This document shows, piece by piece, positions 13,036-24,144 of a stretch of 64,000 nt of DNA. The DNA comes from Mobula hypostoma (taxonomy: Eukaryota). The notes below the pieces were generated by a model, which was not told the DNA's origin, ran no database searches, and worked only from the letters and a program-made list of their open reading frames with translations. Positions within the stretch are counted from its first letter, which is position 1. Every line of letters begins with the position of its first letter. Where the stretch lies: the NCBI RefSeq assembly GCF_963921235.1, contig NC_086110.1, positions 9,486,001 through 9,550,000 of the forward strand, in the 5' to 3' direction. The translations under genes were made by a program, and so were the position numbers.

Positions 13036-14692
13036 ATGGGACACTAATCCAGAAGATTAGAATGCATGATGTCTGCAGCATATTGGTTCGGTAGATTCAG
13101 AACTGGTTTGCCTTAGAAAGAAGTGGTCAAAGGGACTTATTCCAGTTGGAGACTTGTAATTAGCGGTGTTCCACAGGGATCTGTTCTGAAACTTTTGCCG
13201 TTTGTGATAACTGACCTGGATGAAAATGTGGGTAGTAACTTTTCGGATGATCTCAAGATTGGTGGAGTTGTGGATAATGTAGAATTCTGGCAAATACAGC
13301 TCGATATAGATTATTTGCAGATATAGGCAGAAAGATGGCAGATGGGGTTTAACCCAGATAAATGTGAGGTGTGGCACCTTGGTAGGGCAAATGTAAGGAG
13401 ACAGAACGTTGTTAAGTACAAGGACCTTGCTGAGCAGTGACATCTTGGGGGTTCGAGTTCATAGCTCCATGAAAGAGGCTACACAGGTTGATAGGGTGGC
13501 TCCGTAGGCAATGGGATGCATGCCATATTTTGCTGAGGCAATGACTTAAATATCTCGAGGTTCTGTTGCAAATTTATAGAACTCTAGTTCGGCAACAACT
13601 GGAGTATTGCATACAGTTGTGGTCGACACACTGAAGGTAGGCTGTTGAAGTTTTGGAGAAGGTGCAGAAGAGATTTACAAGAATACTGCCCAAATTAAAG
13701 GGCGTATGTTATCATGAGAGATTGGACAAACGTGTTGTTCTCTTTGGAGTAGTGTAGTCTGAGGGGAGACCTGATAAAAGTTTGTAAGATTATGAGAGGC
13801 ATAGATAGAGTAGAGAGGAAATATGTTTTTCCCCAGGAAACAATACCGGAGGGTATGTATTGAAGGTGAGAGGGGATATGTTCAAAGTATGGATGCCTGG
13901 AATGCGCTGCCTGGTATGGTGGCAAAGGCATTAGAGGTTTTAAAGAGTCGTTTAGTAGGCATATGAATATGAGGAAGATAGAAGGATATGGACATTGTGG
14001 TGGGGGGGGGGGATTAGATGTCGGGCTTTTTATATAGATTTTAGTTGGTTCGGTACAACATTGTGATCCGGAGGGCTTGTTCTTCTGTTGTACTGTTCTA
14101 TGTTCTATGTCAGACAAACGAAGAACTGTTCCATGGAGTACGCTACGCTCCTGTTACCAATTATACATATTTTAATCCCGGAACTTTATGCTTCTGTTTC
14201 CATATCACTGTCCGACAACATAACCTACTAACCATAATGTTCTGGATGCAATGATGGTAGGTTATCCGCTCTTTTCTTTGGGCTTTATTATAAAATTCAA
14301 ACCGCTTGCTCTAATCTCATCTGAAGAGCCCGTGCGAATTTTTACAGTATTTAGTTCATGATTCTGATACTGTCGGTTTATAGAAGTCTGTATTCATATC
14401 TTTACATAAATAAATTTACAGTACATGCAGTATCCCTGGATTCTGCTTTTCCCCCAGAATATTTTATCGAGCGTTTCGTACATTGATAATTCAAGAAGAC
14501 AAAAATCGAGTCCGCGCACTTCGAAAGGATTGTCAATATACTATCCAAGAAGGAATAGCGAACCAGCCAATTTCGCGTGAAACGTGATCCCTGTACTGAC
14601 TGACAACTCTAAGAGGATGAGCTACAATAGAAGAAAGGAAAATATGAAGGACAATATTGTTCTCATTTTCTTTTAAAAGACAAGGCGTGATT

Positions 14693-14698
14693 TTTATT
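14693..14698 (-). other. Candidate polyadenylation signal (AATAAA) for the Ig-receptor gene
   Basis: AATAAA on the minus strand about 395 nt past the stop codon; another at 14284-14289. Confidence 0.35.
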
Positions 14699-15092
14699 CA
14701 ATCAATGAAATCGGATTTGCAGCATTTAGCTTTAATTAGCGTGTCACTTCATAATCAATAACCCTAATTATTATGTTCTTCAGTTTTCAAATAACTGATT
14801 TTTCGTAAAATAGATTTTGTTGCGCTAATCTAATTTGCAGACAAATAACTGAATAATTAAAGATGAGTGTCGGTTTCGATATTTGGCTAGCACAAGCCAA
14901 TGAAGCCTTAATGAAGCCTTCAACTGTTTGCGCAGAAAAGTACAACTGCGGGCATACGTCACTTTTCGAATCCGAAAAAAATAATTTTTCATTGGAATTT
15001 GTGCAGGATAAAAAAAAATTCAGGAAATTGAAATTATCGCCATCCAGTTACATGTTATTCTTATTCTTGCACGTACGTCTTCCTTTGGTCTT

Positions 15093-15224
15093 TTAAGGCT
15101 TTGCCCTTTGCAGCTCAGCATACTCCGTGTTCTTACTCTTTGTCTTGAGCTTTTCTGTTTTTCCTGATTCAGATAATTTTACAGTGGCATATGTCAGTCC
15201 TTCCTGCACAGCCTCGTGCTTTAC
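15093..15224 (-). CDS. Exon 7 (last coding exon): VKHEAVQEGLTYATVKLSESGKTEKLKTKSKNTEYAELQRAKP*
   Basis: Acceptor tttttttcag|GTA, phase 0; ITIM LTYATV and ITSM-like TEYAEL; TAA stop. Confidence 0.9.
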   Translation of the reverse strand, partial: VKHEAVQEGLTYATVKLSESGKTEKLKTKSKNTEYAELQRAKP

Positions 15225-18200
15225 CTGAAAAAAAATTGCGAACATTTTCACTTTTTAAATCACCTTGTGCCTTGCTGATCAGGGACGATGTCAAAGCACC
15301 CACGATCCCCTTTAGAACGCACCACTAGTGTCAATACCATAACAATTATTGTCATTTTGCTATAGATTTCATGAGTCACGTGTTACATATGACCTATTAT
15401 GTACTGCAGAATCTCACTTGTGCGTACGATGACTCCTCTTCACCTTTCTGTCTCCGCTTCCGGCTGGAATTGCTCGTATCTACAGCAGCATAAGTCAGGA
15501 TTTTATTCTCTTCAACCTGGGTCAGAAATAGAAGTATTTTATATGACTGTTAAATGCGGTAATGAATGGTCTGGTGATTAGTCAGTGAGGAGAATAGCCT
15601 AGATTTCATATGAACGTTGAAAGGGGAATTGATAAAAAAAAACAATGCTGGTCCAATTGCATAGGCTCTGACCAGTATATAAATATGACTTAATTATGTC
15701 GGTTTCAGTAATTCAGTCAACATCAATAAGAGTAATTACTGAATCTAAACATAAGGATTGCATTGGCACACATTAATTATCTAAGTCCGTTATGAATAAA
15801 GCTACCAATTTATTTTTCTCCTACATATCCACTTACAGCAATGTCAGAACTACGGTCAGGCAAATGTGCAAATATAATTTGAATGATCCGAGGTAGAGAT
15901 TATTACTTTTGGAAATGTTCCGCCATATTATTCGCCCCATTCCTATATTTACTGAAACTTAAAACTCATTCGTGTATAAAAATGCACACAAACACGTACC
16001 AAATCTTCATGGTCGGCAGTATCAGTATCTCCGTGCTTACCTAGAAATGAATGACATTTACTTAAATATAATATTTCAGATTCTTATGGCTATCCACGAC
16101 TGTCCGATTCAAGTGGAACAAGAGCTTAGATTTACATTAAGGAAAGTTATGGAACTGAACGCTGAAATACAGAGGGCTGTATTAACTTGACATGGCTGTG
16201 AGTAGAATGAACACCATAACGTTAAGATATATTAAGACTTTTACAGAGTGTTTGATAAAAACATCCATCTGCAGCATCGAGGAAAATCAGTGACTGAACA
16301 TTATTGAACATTAGGTTCAATGAAGGTCAGACGAGAAAAGCGATAAAACTTGCAACACTGCAATACATGTTCCATTTATTCGATCCGTATGTGTTTTTAA
16401 CGAAAATAACGATCAAATTTCTCACAAAGAGGAAAGGCAAGACTGCTTTCATAGTAGGAGCTGTAGAGAGCACCTCGGGCTTGTGCGGGGAGCTGGAGAG
16501 CTTTGATCTCCGAGAATCTTAGAGCACTATTTTTTTCTCGAACAGTCTCCTGGTAGTTTCTGTTTAAGTTTGGTAGGTTATTTTGTTAGTCTCTGGGATT
16601 CCATGTCATTCATATTATTTAAGTGGACGCCTGACTTGTACTTGTTGCGGAATGCTAGTTTTGAGAACGCTCTGTCTCGCAATGTTCCTCGACCGAACCA
16701 CTGATATTCTGTTGAAATTCTTATGAATAGACTGTGGTTTCTGACTCTGTATCAGGGTCTGTCTTTCCTCCGCACTTGGACCCAGAACTGTGTGGACATC
16801 GCTCGGCTTGAGGTGAGAATGCTACCTGTTCTCATGTCCACAGTCGGAGCTTTTCTTGTCTATGTTCAAGGTCTTTCCGGTTCTCAAAGCTTTGTCATGG
16901 TCGAGGCATCCTCGGTTCTCAAGGTCGTCAGTATCTTCAACGTCTTTAAGGTTACTAGGGGCCCTCTAGTTTTCTCATGGCCCATTTAATGTTTCCTCGG
17001 TTTTTATCAATGTTGTCTCTGTCTCGAGATCCCGAGGTCCCACTCGAGTTTCGTAGGTGCCTGCCGAGTTCCGCAGATCTCACTGGGCTGTCAGATGCCA
17101 GCCATAGAAGCATAGAAAACCTACAGCATAATACAGGCCCATCGGCCCACAATGCTGTGTCGAACATGTACGTACTTCAGAAATTACCTAGGTTACCCAT
17201 AGTCCTCTATTCCTCTAAGCTACTTAGGGAGACGGTACTGTAATGAGCACTGTAATGGGAGCACGGGAGCATCGGCTCCAAGATTTTCAGAGCACTTAAT
17301 TTGATTAATAGTTGTTCATTGTTTGGACTTCTTTGTATTTTACCTCGTTCTTTGTAATGCAGTCTCCTGGTGCTTTCGGTTTAAACTTGTTAAATTCATT
17401 TTGATAAACTCGTGGGATTCTGTGCTACTTGTATTACTTAAGTGGCCGTCGGAATAGCGCTTATTGCAGGGTCTTAGTTTTGAGAATGTTACAGTCAGGA
17501 TGAGTGCTAATGACTGAACCTAAGTGTGGAGGAAACACTAAAACCCCTGTAAAGATGGCAGGCAGGGCTTATTAATAGGGATTCCAGCAAAACAATGGTA
17601 ATTCGGCCCAGTCACACTATGAAACATAACTTTCTTACAGCTAGGACTCCACGATAAGTGCAAATCGGGAGTGTGTTTAATCACAGAACGTACAATACCC
17701 ATGTCAGTGAAAATAAACTTATCAAATTTGAAGAAAATCAAATTTGGGTGCTCTAGAAATCTCGCACCTAAGCGTCCTTCGGCTCCCTGTGCAGGTCCAA
17801 AGAGCTCATTACAACTACATCTCGGGTGTTAATCGGCTGAGCCATCGTTGTCCTGTTGGAATTCGTATAGATCCACTGTCTTGACTGGCATTATCATTGC
17901 GGTGTGGAGTTCCAAGGAAGTGGAATCTTAACTGTGAATATGGCGGCCTTGGGTCGCTGGAGGACTCTCACAGATACAGGCAAATGATAACTTTAAAAAA
18001 CAGTGTGAAGAAACAATTCTTACAGAGAAATACATTTTAGGATGCAACAAATAAGAACAGTCGTCTGCATTTCCTAAGGAACAGGCTAGATAATGCATTG
18101 AGAAAAACCCTCTCTGTGGATTGAGGATCTTTAAATTTGTACAATTATTTTTCCTGAGACATTTCCACATGTATGAACACGGAAAGCGTCTTCTTTATGT

Positions 18201-21200
18201 TCATTACCTCTAGAATTGACATGGATATCACAGTACTCCGGCACGGATTTTATGAATCAGTTCATTAGGTTATATTGGGCTGAGCGCAGGTAGATGGGAC
18301 TCGGTGAGAGTAAGCGTTCGGCACGGACTAGAAGGGCCGAGATGGCCTGTTTCCGTTTTGTAATTGTTATATGGTTAGATATCATTAATTACATATCGCA
18401 TACTCGATCTTCCTCTTGTAAATGATCAGAACACGATTTCAATTATAAAAATGGAATTACTTTCGTTCTGGAATTATTCTGTTCGTGTGAAGTTTCCTCA
18501 TGCACGAAAACGGAAGTAAAATGCATTATTTACTCACGGTGTTACCTGGAAACAGACAATAAGCCCAATACTTACTTTTATTCATGAAAATGCATTTCTT
18601 GCCAGCGATAATTAGAAGTATCAAAATTGCCATGCCACCAATTGCGCAGCCAAAAGCCCAGATGGTTGTAAATTTGCCATCGAGTTCTACAATATTAGAA
18701 AGGTAGATTGTGATTTCTGTTTAGTGGATATTATTTAAAGAATAGGTTTTGGAACTATTCGTTGATTCAACGGATTTTAAGTAATTTTTAAAAAGTGCAA
18801 TATGTGGTCTGAATGATCGGAGTTCTGTGAAATAACTGCACTCTATCAGCTTCCAGTGTGTTGAATTGTGGTCAAAGCGAATGGGATTTCAGGTGAACAG
18901 ATACTAGTGAAGGCAGTAACGTTTATGTTGTTTGACTGGTATTGATATTACAACAATATATGAGGCTTCATAGTCCCTATAGTCTCAGAAATATTCTTTT
19001 GTTGAAAGTTCTATAAGCTTGCAACATAACCTCTTGACTTTTGAATTCAACGCTCTGACTAATAAAAACGGGCCTTCTTAATAACCTTATCGACACTTTC
19101 TAGGAGCTATGGATTTAGAATCCAAGGTCTCTCCTCTAAGCAACACTGTTAAAAGTTTTGTGGCACTGTCTCCTTGCATTAGCCCTGCCAAAGTGCAACA
19201 CCTTACATTTACGAGTTGCCTCACCATCTGACATTTTCTGCCCACATTTGCAACTGATCTATATCACGCTGTATTTTTGCAGTATTCTACACTATCTACA
19301 ACTCCACCAAGATTGAATAGTTCACAATCTTACTAACCCACCCATCTGCATTTTCATCCAAGTCATTTCTATACATCACAAACAGCAGAGGTCCCAAACA
19401 ACAGAAAATGTGCAGCACACATCGCTGTGGAGCACCATCCATTACAGACCTCCAGATCGAATAAGTTCCTTGAACCATTTCCCTCTGTCTTCCATGCGCA
19501 AGCCAGTTATGAATCCGAACAACTAATTTGCTGCAGACCCCAAACACCTTAATCATCTGGAGTGGCCACCCACGAGCGACTTTGTCAAACATATGACTAA
19601 ATTCCACGTAGACAACTTCCACTGCCCAATCTTCACCAATCTCTCTCGTCTCGTTAAAAACGCAATCAAGTTAGTAAGTCACGAGCTGCCCCGCACAAAG
19701 CCATACTGGCTCTCTCTAATTCGGCCAAATACTCATATATCCAGTCCGTTAGAATTTTCTCCAGCCATTTCCCTACCACTGACGTGAGACTCACCAGTGT
19801 ATAGTTCCCAGGATTTTCCTTGATCCTTTCTTACATAGAGATACAACATTAGCCACTCGCTGGTGCTCAGAGACCTGACCTACGCCTAGGCAGGACACGA
19901 AGATACCCGTCAAGACCCCAGCATTTTCGTCTCTTCCCTCCTTCAATAGATCGAGGTAAATTCATTTAGGCCCTGGGGACTCAAAGATCTTAATACTCAC
20001 CAAGAGGCTCAAGCTGACTGCTTAGTAGAAACTCACCACTCCACCTTTTATACATACACTGAAAGCTGTCTGGACTAGCCGACTATTTCTAGAAAATTAG
20101 AACTAGGGGATATTGCAATGTATATTGACTTCATCACCTAATGTCATCAACACCAACAAAATTAGAATTCAACTGCAAGTCAGAAAATTTAATTGCGTGT
20201 TCACTTCATACCTCGGTAAGAACTGGGAACAGTGTGTATAGCAATGGCAGGAGTCCTTAGCGAGATATGTTGCACCAAACATATGTAAACAGTCTCGTTC
20301 ACCTCTGATCGTTTTACTTGCAAGGAACTGGAAACTTTAAACAACCGTTCAGTATTTTCGTGTTTATAGGTACTTGTATCTGTTGTGGCCGTAGTACCGT
20401 TTTTATACCATGTAACAGTTAATTCTCCAGGGTAAAACTCAGCCGTTTCACAGACAAGTGCCACAGTCGCAGATGAGTCCTTGAGAACCCTGGATGAAAG
20501 GGTCAATGGAGTTGGAGCAGCTGTGGGGTATAAAATGTAAAACAAAACATTTTGAGGGGAGGAAATTAAACACAGAATGTGAGAGAATAAAGGCATCCTC
20601 TGTAAGGCCGTGTTTTTATCAGTAAATCTGCACCTATCAGCCTGTCTTTCAAGTGCCAAACAGATGAATTACTGATATTGGTTAGCTCACACAATGGGGC
20701 GCAAGAAGCCGAGATTGGTTCGGATTTATATTAGCTTGCTCTTCAGTTTGTAGTTTTGCTTGGTATGAAATATAGAATACCTGCTGTCATTCTAACCTTT
20801 CCATTTTTTTCTGTATAAAAAAAATGAATTGTAAAACGAGGCAGTAAACGAAGCTTTAGATAATGCATTTAGCAGAGTTAACAAATTTTGTTGGGTCCTT
20901 ATATTTCCAGGAATCTCAAAGTGATATGGTAACGTTATATAATAATTTCAGATGTTCCCGCTCACTCATTCTACTCACCACACACTGTCAGGTTTGATTC
21001 TCCTCCTTCTCCTATGATTTTTCCGTCACGCATGACTACGCACTGATAGATTCCCGTATCCTGGGCAGTCGCGTTCAGCAGTTGAAAATAGCCCCCTCCT
21101 TTATTTTTGCTGCCTATTCTCTTCCTGCCAGTAAGTTCATTTTGTAGGTATTCATTCTCCCCCTGCTTCTGCCAGCGCACTTCAATTCCTGACTGGGCAT

Positions 21201-21609
21201 ACGTAAGAGGGATTATGCAATGGAAAGTAATGTTTCCTCCCATCCATATAATCTCTCGATCAGGAATCTGTGTCACGATAATCGAAGCTTCTTCAGCAAC
21301 TATTAAAACGTGTTGAAATTGGTTAGTTGTATTCAACGTGGCATTAAACATTTCAGAACACATTTTGGCATGGAAGGTAGGAAGTATATCAGATCATAAG
21401 ACCATAAGACATAGGAGCAGAAATAAGCCATTTGTCCCATTCGGTCTGCTCCGCCATTCAATCATATATTAAAGCAATAGATTCTACTAAATTGAGGTAA
21501 TCATTCTTCTTCATATTCTAGTACTTAGAAAAGTTTGAAATAACGTACAAATACCTGAGCAAGTGATCCTCGAGAGAGACAGAAACAAGAACAGAAACAT
21601 TGCAGTCAT
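15093..21609 (-). CDS. Seven-exon gene for a type I IgSF inhibitory receptor (L-VJ-C1-TM-4 Tyr motifs), SIRP-like/non-rearranging antigen-receptor-like, 355 aa
   Basis: Exons 21609-21555, 21299-20979, 20520-20212, 18686-18576, 16040-16000, 15516-15418 and 15224-15093 total 1068 nt with no internal stop. All introns are GT-AG with matching phases (1,1,1,1,0,0). Confidence 0.9.
15418..15516 (-). CDS. Exon 6: VEENKILTYAAVDTSNSSRKRRQKGEEESSYAQ
   Basis: ttctgacccag|GTT ... CAA|gtgaga; 99 nt, phase 0-0; ITIM LTYAAV; SSYAQ|V is completed by exon 7. Confidence 0.9.
16000..16040 (-). CDS. Exon 5: (S)KHGDTDTADHEDL, membrane-proximal spacer
   Basis: catttctag|GT ... TTG|gtacgt; 41 nt, phase 1->0, supplies the phase change needed between exons 4 and 6; conserved in the paralog at 61473-61513. 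Confidence 0.85.
18576..18686 (-). CDS. Exon 4, transmembrane: (E)LDGKFTTIWAFGCAIGGMAILILLIIAGKKCIFMNK
   Basis: ctttctaatattgtag|AA ... AAA A|gtaagt; 111 nt, phase 1-1; 21-residue hydrophobic stretch followed by a KK stop-transfer. Confidence 0.88.
19000..19990 (-). mobile_element. Degraded CR1 RT fragment in intron 3
   Basis: ORF 19296-19622 carries decayed DF..AFDKV and G.PQ..LGPLLF motifs. Confidence 0.8.
20212..20520 (-). CDS. Exon 3: Ig C1-set domain
   Basis: ttttataccccacag|CT ... CGA G|gtatga; 309 nt, phase 1-1; LVC..EFYP..LTVTWYKNG ... VSSSLQV ... YICLVQHISL. Confidence 0.93.
20979..21299 (-). CDS. Exon 2: Ig V-set domain with a J-like G strand
   Basis: CTAAC branch point, ttttaatag|TT ... 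TGT G|gtgagt; 321 nt, phase 1-1; VTQ.P, FHC, VRWQK, DTGIYQC, IGEGGESNLTV. Confidence 0.93.
21555..21609 (-). CDS. Exon 1: signal peptide MTAMFLFLFLSLSRITCS
   Basis: ATG, hydrophobic core, TCA G|gtattt phase-1 donor joining the V exon in frame; second in-frame ATG at 21600. Confidence 0.85.
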
Positions 21610-21735
21610 AACATTCTGAGCAAAGCAATCAACTTATGCTTCGCTTTCTTGATAAATGAAAGTAATGATTGCTCTGTTTTACATCGAAGGACTATGATAT
21701 GACGTTTGGTTTTCTTAGGACGTGTGTAGGGCTAC

Positions 21736-21766
21736 ACTTCCTGTTCATTGGCGAAGCAACGGAAAT
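21736..21766 (-). promoter_or_regulatory. Candidate proximal promoter (ETS, CCAAT and ETS-core motifs)
   Basis: CAGGAAGT (21736-21743), CCAAT (21747-21751) and CGGAAA on the opposite strand, 130-160 nt upstream of the ATG. Confidence 0.4.
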
Positions 21767-23254
21767 CAAAGTACAACTAGTGCTGAACCGCGAGGATTTC
21801 ACAGGGGAACAGTCAGATGAATAGAACAAAAAAGAAGCATCGGAGAGATTATTACATAAGGAACTGGGCTTAGAAGAGTTGGAGTTTTTAGAGCAAGGGA
21901 GAAATCGACACGATCAGAGTTATACTCGGGAAACCTCAAAACAATGAAACTGGGTTATTCTGAAATATCAATGCCAAGGAAGAGGTTACAGAAGAAGGAA
22001 AGCAAAGGCTGCGTGGAGAGATATAAAACGGCTTCAATTCAAATATGATTATGTACTTTTGCTGCATATCTCAGTAATTTAGTCGGCACCAAACCTATAG
22101 AATCAAAAGTCATTATAACTGTGTTTATCTAACACAGCAATGCAGAAACAGTTAATCTGAATAGTGGAACTTAGAGGTAACAGAAAATCACGGTGAGTGT
22201 TTCAGAACGATGGGATAAGTAAACGTGCAGGATTGGGATCAGAACTTGTGTGGTGTTCGTATTCGCACAGAGAATTGCGACCGCTGATGGCAAAGTTAAT
22301 TTCAAGTCAACTACAGTTTCCTTCGGAAGAGCTTTGGAGTTTTAGTTACACAACAGTATGTTAGAGGGACGAAATATATTGCATTTCTGAGCTCCACTAT
22401 ACTTCGTCACTACGCGAGAATCCGAGTCACCGATGTTTAAGTTTAAGGTACTCAATGTAAGAGTGAAAATTTACGGCGAGGTTTAGACATACGTTACAGA
22501 GAAAACCAGAGTGTTTCTTAAGAAGAGAGATCTTGCAGGAATTTCATGGTGTTAAAATATTTCAATTTAATTGTTTTTCTCCCTCCGCGTTGTCTCTTCC
22601 TAAATATATTTCTTCTATGATCGTCATGCACGCACTGGTGTAAAACTATGTAAACCAGAGCAAGACATTAGACATGGCTAAAAAAAAAAACCCTATGAAA
22701 ATAACCGAGGATAGAAAGGACAGAGGAAATTATATTGTTCTGAATGCTGTGCAGAAATAAACTGAAAGTAGTTGGTTAATCAAAATTGTGTTGTGTGAAG
22801 CATATGAGATTTTGGGCCCATGAATGGAAAGGTATTCTACAAAAGAAGTAGGTGATTCTTAAGTATTTGAAACATCGCTCTGGGGAAAAATTAATAATAT
22901 CATCCAATCCTTTGTCGGCGTACTTGTAAAAACATGAAAGACTCGGAGGATATGGAGGTAAAATCCAAACATATTTCCAGCGTACTCTTCTGCAGTTCAA
23001 CAACTTCTGTTTGAGGTTACATTCCAATTTGTGTTTTATAGAAGTTTTCTGAAGATCTCTGGACCACCACAATAGGAATTGATAGAAGGCTTGCATGGTC
23101 ATGGAAAAAAGAACACTGTCGTTGTATGTGAGGTTATCCGACCAGTTACAGCTAACACACTCAGTACATTTCAAAACTAAAATCCGTACGTCGTTAACTA
23201 GGGCCGGAGGCTAAATATATACTGCATGCAATTTCAGTTCTCCGAATTAGACCG

Positions 23255-24140
23255 CAAGACCATAAGACATACGAGATTAATTATACCTTTCGGCTCATTG
23301 AGACACCTCGCAAATCCAACATGCTCTCAACCCTATTCTCCTGTCTTCGCTCCAAAACCTTTGATATCTTGACAAATCAAGAACATATCAACTTATGCTA
23401 TAAATATACGCAATAACTTGGTAATGAGTTGCATAAATTCACTACGCTCTGGCTAAAGAGTTTCTTCCTTCAGCATCTGTGTTCTGAATAGACGCCCCTC
23501 TATTATGAGACTGCGCTCCCTTATCTTAGTCTCATCTGTAAGAAACATTGTAAGAAATATTCTTTCCACATCAACTTTATCCAGGCCATTTGATGTTCGA
23601 TAGACTACAATGAGGTGCCTCCTTCTTCTCCTAAACTACAGCGAATACATACTCAAAGGCATCAAACGCTCCTCATATGTTGACATTTTCACATGGAAGC
23701 ATTCCCTAAGTCTTCCTCTGGACCCTCTTCAATGTCAGCCCATCGTTTCTTAGACGCGATGCCCACAACTGCTCATACTACTCCGTGCGGTCTGACTAAT
23801 GTCTAATAAAGCCTCAGTATTACATACCTGTATTTCAGTGCTTTAGTATTTTAGTACTCTGGAAATGAATGCTAATATTGCATTTGCCATCCTTACCATC
23901 GATTCAACCTGCAAGTTAATCTCCCGGTTAAAAATACTCAATGTCTTTATTCAGTCTTCCAAAGTGCATGAGCATCCACTTCCCTACAGTTTATTCAATC
24001 TGCCAATTTGTCCATTCTCCCGTACTCTCTAAGTTTGTCTGCAGACTCCCTGGTTCTCAATAGTGCTAGCACCTCCACCTGTCTTGGTATCGCCCGTTAG
24101 CTGGATCACAAAGCTATCAATTCTCTCATCCAAATCATTG
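23255..24140 (-). mobile_element. Degraded CR1 3' fragment
   Basis: Reverse complement of the CR1 tail and RT C-terminal region. Confidence 0.7.
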
Positions 24141-24144
24141 AGTT

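Larger units (their letters stand above)
10710..14110 (+). mobile_element. Old degraded CR1 LINE, interrupted by the solo LTR at 11786-13035
   Basis: CR1 RT motifs on both sides of the LTR; sequence resumes ATGGG|ACACTAATCCAGAAG; GVPQGSVL at 13160-13190. Confidence 0.8.

Noticed and set aside
16400-17495. Two related repeats of about 200 bp in intron 4 (LTR-like TGTAA...TTACA)
   Set aside because: Probably decayed LTR pieces, but no TSD or firm boundaries could be established.
20979-21020. Rearranging TCR/Ig locus (V segment with RSS)
   Set aside because: V and the J-like strand share one exon ending in a splice donor. ACAGTG here is coding sequence with no nonamer, and the gene has an ITIM tail.
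22776-23174. 132-aa minus ORF upstream of the receptor gene
   Set aside because: No recognisable domain or convincing splice frame; start codon is non-ATG.
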